A stretch of 64,000 nucleotides of DNA from an uncultured Chthonomonadaceae bacterium (GTDB taxonomy: Bacteria > Armatimonadota > Chthonomonadetes > Chthonomonadales > Chthonomonadaceae): assembly GCA_963835065.1 (NCBI GenBank), contig CAWIEK010000009.1, positions 64,001 through 128,000 of the forward strand. Reading direction: 5' to 3'. The notes below the pieces were generated by a model. The model did no database searches. It was not told the origin of the DNA and worked only from the letters and a program-made list of their open reading frames with translations. Below, in pieces: positions 54,507 to 64,000 of the stretch; the first letter of the stretch is position 1, and each line of letters opens with the position of its first letter. A program made the translations under genes and the position numbers.

Positions 54507-55646
54507 CGAACTTGCCCTCCAAACCTGCCCCTGCTCCGTCCGGCAGCCGCGACATTTCCGCAAGCGCGTCCGAAACCGCGCCCCGCTCCATCGTTGTGAT
54601 CGCCAAAGAGCATATCGGCGATCTGGTCTGCACCACGCCCGCCCTGCGCAGCCTGCGCCGCCTGTATCCCGACGCCCATATCACCGTTGATGTGGGCGAA
54701 CGCGCCGCCTGCGTCCTCGCCAACTGCCCGTATGTGGACGAGGTTGTCAGTCGTCCCGCGCATCAGGGAATTGTGGGCAAAGCAAAGTACGTTGCCTGGC
54801 TGCGCAAGCGTAAATTCGATTTGGGCGTCGTCCTGTATGACAGCCCCGATTTGCGCCTGTTCCTGCGGCTGAGTGGAACGCCGCGCCGCATTGGGATAGT
54901 ACGCAAGCCCCGTTTCGCAAACTGCCTGACCGACATCGTTGACTGGAACCCGAACGGACACGAAACCAATGACAATTATCGGAACGTGATCGCGCATTTG
55001 GGCGGCGATGTATCCGACGCGCGCCCCGAAGTGTTTCCTGCTATTGCCGATGAACAGGCCATACAGCAGATTCTAAAAGCCGAGGGAGTTGCGCCCGATA
55101 CAACCTTGATTGCCCTGAACCCAAGCACGTCAATGGCGGGCAAATTCTGGCCTGCTGAACGCTTCGCCGAATTAGGCAATCTGCTCGCGCCCCTGCCCAA
55201 CGCGCGCCTGCTATTATTGGGTGGCCCCGGTGACGAAAGCCTTGCCAATGAAATTTGCGCGGGCATGACAGTTCAACCTATCACGCTGACCGGCAAACTG
55301 ACCATCCTGCAACTGGCAGCCCTGCTGAAACATTGCCGCGTTCTGGTGACGGGCGATACCGGCCCCATGCACCTTAGCTGCGCGGTGGGTACGCCCGTCG
55401 TTGCTCTATTCGGCCCCACAAATCCAATCCAAACCGGTACCCGGCTACGCGCCCGGCAACACCATCATTCGCAAAGTTTCCGCCTGCCCCGAGTGTACGT
55501 TATACGTGTGCCGCCACAACAGCGCGTGTCTGCGCCAAATCACCGCGCAGGAAGTGGCACAGGCGGTTCATAATCATTTGCGCGTTTCCCCGACTGCTCC
55601 ACCTTCGCATACTTCACCACTTGTTCTTAACCTTACTTCGGGGTAA
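54503..55646 (+). CDS. Glycosyltransferase family 9, +1 frameshift near 55440
   Basis: HIGDLV; KFWPAERF; VTGDTGPMHL; ALFGPT; Cys-rich tail CPEC..C..CLRQIT lies in the shifted frame. Confidence 0.88.
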
Positions 55647-55691
55647 AATAGCAGAAGAATTTCTGCATGGCCTGTGAAAGTGGTGTAAACG

Positions 55692-57191
55692 TTGAACGCG
55701 CAAACTTTTTTGTCGGCACAATGGAACCATCAGCGCGTCACGATTGGCCTGACGCCGCCCGATGAATTGCGGCGCTTGTCTAATGCCCGCCTGCTGACGT
55801 GTCCCGGCTGCGGTTCGCCCGTCATTCTCCACGCGGGAAGCGTCCGCGCCCACCACTTCGCGCACCTGCCCGGAGCCGTCTGCTCCGCCCCGCAAACCGA
55901 ACCCGAAACGGAAGAACACCGCGCGGGCAAACTGCTCCTCGCCCAATGGCTGCGCGCCTGCCTCCCGGACGCCGATATTGTCGTGGAAGCCCACATTCCC
56001 GAAACCAACCAGCGCGCCGATATTCTTGTTGTTCTTTCGCCCCACCAGCCACGCCTCAATTTCAATGCGCAAACGTTCCCGGTACGCGACCCCGCAACGT
56101 CCGCCGTCAATACGCCGTCCACTGCCAACGCGCCTCACGTACAAGACAGAACCAATGGCCGAGTTGTTGCGCCCGCCGTCACCAAATCACAGCGTATTGC
56201 TATTGAATACCAGTGCGCCAACATGCCGGCTAAAGAATGGCGCAGGCGGCATCAGCTTTATCGCAACGCGGGAATTCAAGATTTGTGGCTGCTCGGTGGC
56301 TCACGCCTGTTGCGCGAAGCGCCGCCCGCTGCCAACAGCGATACGAACGAAAATCCTAATGTAAACGCAAACCGCGCTGCGAACATAAAGCAAGATATTG
56401 GCAACACCCCTGCGGCAAATACTCCTGTCGCCCCCGCGCTGCCTTCCACCATCCTGCGCACCCACGAACTGGAACGCGGTTTGTTGTGGGACGGCGCACC
56501 GCTGCTGTTCCTCGACGCTATTGGCGAGCAGATTGCCATCGGCAGCCTTGCCCGCTTCCGCCCCCATCCCGACGCGCAGGCCATGCGTCCCGAAGGCCGT
56601 CTTGTCACCCGCGCCCTTCTCGATCTTCCTTTTCCCTTTGCGCTCCTCGACTGGCCCAGCGCCCTGCACCCGGAAGAACCGCTACAGGGAACAGGGAACA
56701 GGGAACAGGGAACAGGAAAAACCAACCACCAATCACCAGCCACCAACCACCAACTCTGGCATTGGCTGGCGCAGCGGCATCGGGTCACGCCGGACACGCT
56801 GGATTCCTTTTTCGGCCTGCCGATTAAGAACGCGGACGTTTTTGCCTGTGAAAACCGGGCCTGGCAAGCCGCCCTTTATTACCGCTTTATACATCGGCGC
56901 GTGGGAGACCGCTGGTGGCTCGGGGAAGTGGAAACGTGGACGCGCGCTTATCTGCCCCTGACGTTTCCCGTCCATCTCAAGCGTCTCCAGTACGCGCTTG
57001 CCGAGTATCAGGAATTGCTTGCTGCCGGAGGGATGTTGTCCCTGCCGCGCGGCTACAATCGTGTCAACGCCATCGTCACCGCCGACCTGACCACCCTTCC
57101 CGAACCGCCCGACCCACAGGAAGTCCTTCGACTCGCCCGCTACCGCCGCACCCTCGCCCGCGAAGCCACTGCCGATTACGCCGCGAAATAA
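55692..57191 (+). CDS. CoiA-like competence/nuclease-domain protein
   Basis: CPGCGSPVILHAGSVRAHHFAH; EPETEEH..GK; QRADIL..IAIEYQC. Confidence 0.85.
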   Translation: MNAQTFLSAQWNHQRVTIGLTPPDELRRLSNARLLTCPGCGSPVILHAGSVRAHHFAHLPGAVCSAPQTEPETEEHRAGKLLLAQWLRACLPDADIVVEAHIPETNQRADILVVLSPHQPRLNFNAQTFPVRDPATSAVNTPSTANAPHVQDRTNGRVVAPAVTKSQRIAIEYQCANMPAKEWRRRHQLYRNAGIQDLWLLGGSRLLREAPPAANSDTNENPNVNANRAANIKQDIGNTPAANTPVAPALPSTILRTHELERGLLWDGAPLLFLDAIGEQIAIGSLARFRPHPDAQAMRPEGRLVTRALLDLPFPFALLDWPSALHPEEPLQGTGNREQGTGKTNHQSPATNHQLWHWLAQRHRVTPDTLDSFFGLPIKNADVFACENRAWQAALYYRFIHRRVGDRWWLGEVETWTRAYLPLTFPVHLKRLQYALAEYQELLAAGGMLSLPRGYNRVNAIVTADLTTLPEPPDPQEVLRLARYRRTLAREATADYAAK

Positions 57192-57194
57192 ACT

Positions 57195-57376
57195 AACCAC
57201 CCGCTGCGCTAGAGACACAGAGGCACAGAGAGGGAACACAGAGGAAGAAAAGAAGAGAATAAACCTCTTTGCTTCCTTTGCCTCTTTGCGGTTCCTTTTC
57301 TTCTCCTTGTTCTCTTTTGTTTTTCTCGCATCGGTTTTTCCTCTGTGTCTCTGTGTCTCTAGCGCAGCGGGTGGTT
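57195..57376. repeat. CACAGAG-family inverted element between convergent genes
   Basis: aaccacccgctgcgctagagacacagag ... ctctgtgtctctagcgcagcgggtggtt. Confidence 0.88.
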
Positions 57377-58415
57377 AGTTTGCTTTGTTCTGGACGATGA
57401 GGAGCGCGCGTTTGGAGGTAATGACGTGGTTGTTGCGGTTGAGGGCGCGGACTTCGACGAGATGTTCGCCTTCCGTTTCGCGGCGCGTATCCCACTCGAA
57501 ATTGAACGGCGGCACGTTTTGGGACGAAACAATCTGGCCGTCCACAACGTAAGTGACGTAAGCAATCGGGTCGGGTTCGCCGGGGGGAAGTTTGGCTTTC
57601 AGATTGAGGACTCCGGCTACGATAGAGCGGTGTTCCTGCCGGGCGCGCGCAAGCGATTGCGCCAGATACGCTTGTTCCAGCGCCGTCACGCGCTGCTGAA
57701 GCAGTTCAGGGCTAAGGGAGGTTGAGGGTTGAGGGTTGAGGGTTGAGGTACTGCCGATTGTGTTCCTACTGTTCCCTGTTCCCTGTTCCCTGTTCCCTAT
57801 TTCCTGTTGTGGCCGCGCTACTACAATTACGATAGGCTCGTCCTGTTGGGGATCGTACAAGGTGGGAAAGGGGCGGAGCGCGCGGGGAGCGATTTCCAGT
57901 TTTACCGGCGCGTCGGGTGGCGGCGTCAGGTCGGCAAAAATGGCGGTATGAGGAGCGATATTGGTCATAATCGCGCCGGCTTCGCCCGCAGCAGGCATCG
58001 AGCCGCGTTTGCCGTTCGGAGATGAGAGCGCAGTCGGGCGTAATTTCAGGACTTGGCCCAAACTCACGGTAAAGGCAATCCCGTCGCCACTGCTGCGCAA
58101 CACAATTCCGGGCGTTTCGGCGCTTCGTTCCAACTGCACAGTGGTCGCGGGGCGCGTCACGCGGCCAATCAGCGCATAATGCTGTCCCCCATCTACGCTG
58201 ACGCTTATACGGCCCTGCATGGTATTTTCCACGCGAATCCGGTACGCTTCTTCGGAAGCAGTACGCCGGGGCGCAAGCGGAACCTCGTCCTGCGGCCCTT
58301 GCTGCGCATAACCGGGCAGGCACAACGCGGATAACAACGTGAAAGACAGCATTGCCCAACAAACATGCCGAACGATTACGGAAATGGGTCGAATGGAAAA
58401 TTGAAAAACGTTCAT
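57375..58415 (-). CDS. Exported protein with C-terminal bacterial Ig-like domain
   Basis: Signal peptide; VTYVVDG..PPFNFEWDT..EGEHLVEVRA. Confidence 0.75.
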   Translation of the reverse strand: MNVFQFSIRPISVIVRHVCWAMLSFTLLSALCLPGYAQQGPQDEVPLAPRRTASEEAYRIRVENTMQGRISVSVDGGQHYALIGRVTRPATTVQLERSAETPGIVLRSSGDGIAFTVSLGQVLKLRPTALSSPNGKRGSMPAAGEAGAIMTNIAPHTAIFADLTPPPDAPVKLEIAPRALRPFPTLYDPQQDEPIVIVVARPQQEIGNREQGTGNSRNTIGSTSTLNPQPSTSLSPELLQQRVTALEQAYLAQSLARARQEHRSIVAGVLNLKAKLPPGEPDPIAYVTYVVDGQIVSSQNVPPFNFEWDTRRETEGEHLVEVRALNRNNHVITSKRALLIVQNKAN

Positions 58416-58705
58416 GCGCTTTCTCAGAAACGGAACAGCGAAGCAGAATAAACATTTTATCAATACTTGCTTCGCGTTTGAAATTACGAGCGGGAGGTAA
58501 TCGCAGTATACCACGTCAGAAGGGTGTTAGGTATTGGGTATTAGGTGTTGGGCTTTTGTCCTTGCTTTCTCCTTTCTCCTTTTTCCTTTTTCCTTGCAGA
58601 AGGGTTTTTCGCGGCGATGTCGAACTTACCCCACAATACTCTCCCGCGCCTGCTTACGCTGCTACCGTTTCTTTCATCCTGTCGGCGCAATTTCGGAGGC
58701 TTGCT

Positions 58706-60034
58706 ATGCAGATTGAGCTGCCCATTGATATTTTCACGTTTCCCCATGTTCCCCTGCCCGCTGTTTGGACGGTGGAGCAAATTTATGACACGCCCGCACT
58801 GACTTCGGAGCAGATTACGGCTCAGGCGCGGCAGGCGGTGGATGCGCTTGTGGAGCGCAAGGGGCTTGCGTCCGGCGCGACGGTTGCCGTTGGCGTGGGC
58901 AGTCGCGGCCTGGACAATCTGGTGACGATTGTTTCCGCCGTAATCGCGCAGTTGAAAACGCGGGGGATGCAGCCGTTTGTGGTTCCCGCGATGGGCAGTC
59001 ATGGCGGCGCGACGGCGGAGGGGCAAATTGACGTTCTGCACGGCTATGGCATCACGCCGGAAACCGTTGGCGCGGAAATACGGGCCACGATGGAAGTGAA
59101 TCAGATCGGCGTTTTGGAGGGAGAAGACGCGGGCGAGTATGCCGGCCAGCCTGTATATTGTGACCGCAACGCTCTTGCCGCCGATGCCATTCTGTTAATC
59201 AACCGCATCAAGGCGCATACGGATTTCAGCGGCGAGTGGGAGTCGGGCATCGGCAAGATGAGCGTCATCGGGTTGGGCAAGCGGCACGGCGCGGAAAGCG
59301 TACACCGGTATGGAGCGCACGGCCTGCGGGACTTGATCCCACGTCTTGCCCGTTATAACGCGCAGCATTTGCCCCTGATTGGCGGCATTGCCCTGATCGA
59401 AAACGAACTCGGCCATACGTCGGAACTTCACGCCCTGCTGCCCGACCAGATTGGACAAGACGGCGAACGACAGTTGTTGCAGCGCGCCCGCGCCATTGCG
59501 CCGCGCCTGCCCTTTGACGAACTGGACGCGCTGATTATTGATGAAATGGGCAAAAACATCAGTGGCAGCGGCGTGGATACCCATGTTATCGGCAGGGGAA
59601 CCATGCCCAGCGTTGCCGAACATACGTGGGGCGGGCCGGACATCCGCATAATTGCCGTACTGGATTTGACCGCCGCTTCGCACGGCAACGCCACCGCTTT
59701 CGGGCTGGCCGATCTGGTCACGCGCAAATTGATTGAGAAAACCGATTTTGCCGCCAGTTACATCAACATGCGTACCAGTGGCGAGGGCGGCGTCCTGCGG
59801 GGGCGATTGCCGCTCATTCAGCCGACGAGTGAGGATTGCGTCCGTACCGCGTATGCCTGCTGCGGCAAAGCGGAACCCGATCAGGTACGCTTCGCCCGCA
59901 TCCGCAGCACGGCGGACACGCAGTATTTGGAAGTTTCGTCTGCCCTGCTCGCAGAAGCGCGGCAAAATCCGCGTTTGCGCGTGGCTGCCGAGTCGCATCC
60001 GCTCGATCTTTGCCAACCCGTCCGCCCGTACTGA
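58706..60034 (+). CDS. LarA (lactate racemase) superfamily / DUF362-like protein
   Basis: VAVGVGSRG; VPAMGSHGGATAEGQ; NRIKAHTDF; GKNISGSGVD; SHGNA. Confidence 0.8.
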   Translation: MQIELPIDIFTFPHVPLPAVWTVEQIYDTPALTSEQITAQARQAVDALVERKGLASGATVAVGVGSRGLDNLVTIVSAVIAQLKTRGMQPFVVPAMGSHGGATAEGQIDVLHGYGITPETVGAEIRATMEVNQIGVLEGEDAGEYAGQPVYCDRNALAADAILLINRIKAHTDFSGEWESGIGKMSVIGLGKRHGAESVHRYGAHGLRDLIPRLARYNAQHLPLIGGIALIENELGHTSELHALLPDQIGQDGERQLLQRARAIAPRLPFDELDALIIDEMGKNISGSGVDTHVIGRGTMPSVAEHTWGGPDIRIIAVLDLTAASHGNATAFGLADLVTRKLIEKTDFAASYINMRTSGEGGVLRGRLPLIQPTSEDCVRTAYACCGKAEPDQVRFARIRSTADTQYLEVSSALLAEARQNPRLRVAAESHPLDLCQPVRPY

Positions 60035-60068
60035 TTTACCTTCGCTCGTGTCATGAGGCAATACCATC

Positions 60069-61184
60069 ATGCAGCAGCGCCTTGTCGCATCTGAAACCGC
60101 TTCGCATCCCTTGCCGTATACGCCTTTGCAGACGGAAGCCGGAACCGTGTCGTCGGGGGAACGCTTGCCGGTCACGCCCGAAGAAAAGCGCAAAATGCAG
60201 CAGCGCATCCGGCGCGTCCGGCGGCGCAGCCTGCTGACGCCGGACGTACTGGCGCAACTGGGGCAATCGCGCCTGCCAACCCAAACCCTCCACGCCCTGC
60301 TGACGATGCTGGAAGGGCCGTTTGAGGAGCATTGGGAGGAGCGCACTGCCGCAGTGTGGGCGCTCGGCCTGGCGCATCTGACGCCACGCCAACAGCAGAC
60401 CGTCAGTTACGCGCTGTGCCATGTTCTGCGCCGCAAAATGCTGACAGGGCGAGTTCACAAAGAGCGCTGGATAGACCCGCCCCTTGTGCTGGTCGCCATG
60501 CCCTGCCTGCTGTGCTGGTTGTTTGCCCTGCTCGCGCATACCTCGGAAGCGCAGGGCAGCCCGGTTGTTTTTCAGGCGGGCGCGCTATTCGGCAGCGTTT
60601 ACATTGCGCAGCGGTTCAACCAATCTCTCAAAACATCCGCGCTTATTCGTGACAATCGCTTGCGCGCAACGGCGGCAACGGCGTTAGGGCGCATCGGCAG
60701 TACGCATAGTATCGCCACTTTAGCCCGCGCCGCCCTGGACGGCAATACCAGCGTTCGCCATGCGGCCGTGCCGGCGCTGCAAGCCTGTCTTGCCAATCTG
60801 ACGCCCGCGTATCCCGGCGAACTGGAAGCCGACGTAATCCCCAACCTGTGCCGCCTGCTGGAACGGGCGCGCGAACAATTGACCCACAACAGCGCGCGGG
60901 CATCCGAACTGGCGCTGAGTATTCTGGACGCGCTGACGATCATTGGGGATGGCCGCGCCGCGTCTACGGTCAGCAATCTCATCAATACGGGGTGGACAGC
61001 CCCGGTCAACCGTGCCGCCAAAGACCTGCTTCCCCTGCTCCTGGCTCGTCAACAGCAGGAAACCGATCAGCGCGTGTTGTTGCGCGGCGCGGCCACGCCC
61101 AGTGATACGCCCCAAACCCTGCTGCGCCCCATCGAAACCGATGGCAGCGAAGATCAGCAGCACACACTATTGCGTCCCTTGTAA
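60069..61184 (+). CDS. Membrane protein with HEAT repeats and LLRP-repeat tail
   Basis: WEERTAAVWALG; two TM segments; ILDALTIIGDGRA; tail VLLRG..TLLRP..TLLRP. Confidence 0.82.
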   Translation: MQQRLVASETASHPLPYTPLQTEAGTVSSGERLPVTPEEKRKMQQRIRRVRRRSLLTPDVLAQLGQSRLPTQTLHALLTMLEGPFEEHWEERTAAVWALGLAHLTPRQQQTVSYALCHVLRRKMLTGRVHKERWIDPPLVLVAMPCLLCWLFALLAHTSEAQGSPVVFQAGALFGSVYIAQRFNQSLKTSALIRDNRLRATAATALGRIGSTHSIATLARAALDGNTSVRHAAVPALQACLANLTPAYPGELEADVIPNLCRLLERAREQLTHNSARASELALSILDALTIIGDGRAASTVSNLINTGWTAPVNRAAKDLLPLLLARQQQETDQRVLLRGAATPSDTPQTLLRPIETDGSEDQQHTLLRPL

Positions 61185-61185
61185 T

Positions 61186-61352
61186 TTCACCAACCGGACG
61201 CTTGGTTCCGGGTATTGAAAATACCCGGCAGGAAAGTACAAGCGTCCTGCGGACGCGGGAATCTTTATACAGAGTTGCGTCCGCAGGACGCTTGGCGGAA
61301 CGCCACCGAGACGGGTATTTTCAATGCCCGGAACCAAGCGTCCGGTAGTGAA
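61186..61352. repeat. Palindromic REP/MITE-like element
   Basis: Terminal inverted repeats ccggacgcttggttccgggtattgaaaatacccg / cgggtattttcaatgcccggaaccaagcgtccgg; related to 12823-12950. Confidence 0.85.
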
Positions 61353-61364
61353 TACCAACCCAAC

Positions 61365-62582
61365 ATGCAGCACCAGCATATACAAGAAGAAGCGCGCGAG
61401 TTCAGCCTGCCTCCTGATACAGGGGGGCTGCGTACTATGCCGCCGGATGTGTCGGCAGATGCTGCAGCTTGCCTGAACATGGAAACGGAAACACAGGCTA
61501 AAAATGATCCTTTGATTTCAGAAGTATTACCAATCGAAACACGCCAACAAACGCCGTTTATTCAGAAGTTGCGGCGTAAATTGTTCCGGCGCTCCTTTCC
61601 GTCCATGCCGCAAGCGTACTCGGAAAATCCCAGCCCGCTTGACGCGCAAAAGTTCAGTGCGGCATTGACCGCATTATGTAACCCCGCGCCCAGCGCCTGG
61701 CGCGAACGCATGTATTGCGCCTGGCTGCTTGGTCATGCGCCCCTGACACCCGCACAGCAACTTGAAGCAACCCGCGCTTTAGGCAGCGAGGTACAATTCC
61801 GCTATGTATCCCGTTACGACCGGTTTCGTGCCCACTTACGAAGAGTAGAGTATCAAACGCTGCCATTGGCTGTCATCAGCGCTCTATGGATTACTCTGCC
61901 AATTATCCGGCACGGTACTCATCATCATACTACGCTTGATCTATCTACGTCTGTATTCATGGTTGCCGGTATGTTTTTGGCGCTGTATGTCTCTCTTTTT
62001 CCAAGTGTCTTTCTGCTTTCCGCGCTTCTAAACATGCGCCGCGTCAACAGTGTGCGCGTTGCCGCGATTCTGGCTTTGGCGCGTTTGCGCGCGCCGGAAG
62101 CTATCGGGCCACTTTCCCGCGCCGCTCTGGATGTCAGTCATGGCATACGAGTCGTGGCGGAGGAGAGCCTCCGCCAATGCCTGCCGCAGATTACGCCTGA
62201 CCACTATGGGCGACTGGATGCGGATACGGTTCCCGCCCTGTGCAAACTGCTGGATGTTAAAAAAGAGCGGTTGTTTGCCGGACACCTGCATACCGAGCAA
62301 CTGGTGCTGGATGTATTAGACGCATTGGGCAAAATCGGCGATGGCAGCGCTGTGCGACATGTGGAAAGCGTAGCCGAGGATGGCTGGACGTCGTCTGCGC
62401 GCGACGCCGCCCGCCAAATCCTGCCCCTTCTGCGCCAGCGCCAACAGCAGGAAAACGAACTCCGCCTCCTCCTGCGCGGCTCCACGCCACCCCCGACTTC
62501 CCCCGACCAGCTTCTGCGCCCCACCCTGCCCACTCCCCACACTGCGCCTGAACTACTATTAAGATCAGGGAGTAGGGAGTAG
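61365..62582 (+). CDS. Membrane protein with HEAT repeats and LLRP-repeat tail (tandem paralogue)
   Basis: WRERMYCAWLLG; two TM segments; VLDALGKIGDGSA; tail LLLRG..QLLRP..LLLRS; start uncertain (61365, 61437 or 61479). Confidence 0.8.
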   Translation: MQHQHIQEEAREFSLPPDTGGLRTMPPDVSADAAACLNMETETQAKNDPLISEVLPIETRQQTPFIQKLRRKLFRRSFPSMPQAYSENPSPLDAQKFSAALTALCNPAPSAWRERMYCAWLLGHAPLTPAQQLEATRALGSEVQFRYVSRYDRFRAHLRRVEYQTLPLAVISALWITLPIIRHGTHHHTTLDLSTSVFMVAGMFLALYVSLFPSVFLLSALLNMRRVNSVRVAAILALARLRAPEAIGPLSRAALDVSHGIRVVAEESLRQCLPQITPDHYGRLDADTVPALCKLLDVKKERLFAGHLHTEQLVLDVLDALGKIGDGSAVRHVESVAEDGWTSSARDAARQILPLLRQRQQQENELRLLLRGSTPPPTSPDQLLRPTLPTPHTAPELLLRSGSRE

Positions 62583-62591
62583 GGAGTAGAT

Positions 62592-62664
62592 ATTAGGCAT
62601 TAGATGCAAGGCAGAAGACAGAAGGCACTTGTGCCTAATGCCTAATGCCTAATGCCTAATGCCT
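62592..62664. repeat. (TAATGCC)n heptamer array with a short inverted arm
   Basis: attaggcattag ... (gcctaat)x4. Confidence 0.8.
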
Positions 62665-62665
62665 C

Positions 62666-62694
62666 TTGACAAGCCTCGGAATCCGATGTATACT
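62666..62694 (+). promoter_or_regulatory. Sigma-70 promoter
   Basis: TTGACA-N17-TATACT upstream of the AAGGAG RBS and PadR start. Confidence 0.75.
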
Positions 62695-62725
62695 ATAATC
62701 CAATGCAAGGCGCTAAGGAGCAAGA

Positions 62726-63157
62726 ATGGACGAGGAGCGGGAACTGCTCAAAGGAAATACGCCCACGCTGGTACTGGCCGTTCTTAAGGACGCGCCCCGA
62801 CACGGCTACGGCATTGCCCGCGAAATCGAGCGGCGCAGCGACAACGCCTTGAAGTTCAAGGAAGGAACGCTTTACCCCGCGCTGCACGCTCTGGAACGCG
62901 AAGGGCTGATTGTCGGCGCGTGGGAAAAAGAACCCGGCGGGCGCGAACGCAAAGTGTACCGCATCACGCCGCAGGGATTGGCCGCCTTAGCGCGGCGCGC
63001 GCAAACGTGGAACGCCTTCGCCAACGCCGTGCAAAGCGTGATTGCGGGCAGTCCACAGGGAGACCAACATGCAGGAACACCATCAGCAGCAGGAACCGGA
63101 ACAACAAACGTATTCCCCATCCCCGGTCTCCGGCCCCATCCTGAACCCACCGGCTGA
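62726..63157 (+). CDS. PadR family transcriptional regulator
   Basis: LLKGN..LVLAVL..HGYGI..EGTLYPALHALE..RKVYRITPQG. Confidence 0.95.
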   Translation: MDEERELLKGNTPTLVLAVLKDAPRHGYGIAREIERRSDNALKFKEGTLYPALHALEREGLIVGAWEKEPGGRERKVYRITPQGLAALARRAQTWNAFANAVQSVIAGSPQGDQHAGTPSAAGTGTTNVFPIPGLRPHPEPTG

Positions 63158-63887
63158 TACCGGCGCTACAGACGCGCTGCTGGACGCTTATCTGGATTCG
63201 ATCTGCGCCAATCTGCCGCCCGAAGTGGATTCGGATGCCGCGCAGGATATGCGCCGTGAAATGCGCGGGCATTTGCAGGCGGCAGTGGTTGCCGGGCAGG
63301 AATTGGGCTACGCGCCGGAACAGTCTGTAGAACATGCGTTCGCCCAATTCGGCAAGCCGCAGGTTGTGGCGCGGCAATGGCAGGAAGAGTGGGAAACAAC
63401 GCTTACGGCAACAAAGGCTGTTCCCTTCCTGCCCTCGCTGAAGCTGGCGTCGAAAATGTGGGCGGTTTCGGGAGGCATGGCAGTTGCCGCCGGCGCGATT
63501 CTGATGATGCTGATTTTAACACAGCCTGAGTCACCCTTGCGTCTTCCCCTGATGTTTTCGATCTTTTTCGGACCACCGCTCGTGTCGGGAACGATCATCG
63601 GAATGCGAGCGCGCCGCCATCCGGTTCTTGCCACGCTGGCGGGCTATGCCCTGCTGCTTCCATTCCTTATTGTGGGGTTTATCGGCGTCAACGCCTGCCA
63701 AGCCCCTTATGTCAGTTGGCTGACAGGCAAAACCTTCACGTATCCATTCGGCTTGTCCGTTGAGGCAGGTATTCGCAGCGCGCTGTCCTTCATGCCGCTG
63801 TGGATTATTCTCAGCGCTTTCAGTTCGGGCATGGTGACACTGGCCCGCCGCTACAAAACGCGCGCCCGTCGGCAAATCGCGCGCTGA
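63069..63887 (+). CDS. PadR-associated membrane protein (permease-prefix/HAAS-like N-terminus)
   Basis: LDAYLDSI..EMRGHL..AFAQFGKPQVVA followed by about four TM segments; AGGGAG RBS. Confidence 0.82.
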   Translation: MQEHHQQQEPEQQTYSPSPVSGPILNPPADTGATDALLDAYLDSICANLPPEVDSDAAQDMRREMRGHLQAAVVAGQELGYAPEQSVEHAFAQFGKPQVVARQWQEEWETTLTATKAVPFLPSLKLASKMWAVSGGMAVAAGAILMMLILTQPESPLRLPLMFSIFFGPPLVSGTIIGMRARRHPVLATLAGYALLLPFLIVGFIGVNACQAPYVSWLTGKTFTYPFGLSVEAGIRSALSFMPLWIILSAFSSGMVTLARRYKTRARRQIAR

Positions 63888-64000
63888 ATAAGTGAAGTAG
63901 AGAATGTTGAGAGGAAATCCGATTTTCCGTGTCGAATGATAACAGGGTTGTTCGATAACATTGCGCCCTGTAATTTTAACACGCTGCCCACGCAAGGGGC

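Overview
GC-rich bacterial chromosomal window with about 50 protein genes. Gene content and the repeat landscape suggest an Armatimonadota-like organism (inference, not verified). Recognisable genes: sigma-70 factor, PEP carboxylase (ppc), GT2/GT4/GT9 glycosyltransferases, serine hydrolase, BtpA, PilC-like protein, DUF1501, TPR protein, MFS transporter, a type IIG-like restriction-modification gene, M48 peptidase, CE15-like esterase, CoiA-like protein, LarA-family protein and PadR. Most notable observations: (1) a tRNA-Leu(UAA) gene split by a 227-nt group I intron (52923-53230, minus strand); (2) a duplicated non-coding unit (9498-9733 minus, 33919-34193 plus) with the same ECF-sigma-like promoter geometry, a sequestered Shine-Dalgarno hairpin and a 116-nt core with only 5 mismatches; (3) five scattered HEAT-repeat-like proteins that all end in a triple 'LLR[P/A/S/G]' tail; (4) a co-oriented cluster (42067-49757) with two SFG-repeat Gly-rich exported proteins and two apparent distant paralogues of unknown function; (5) many palindromic REP/MITE-like and 7-8-mer repeat elements, several inserted in-frame into proteins. 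Seven +1 frameshifts look like assembly errors. All product calls come from motif recognition only; no database searches were run.
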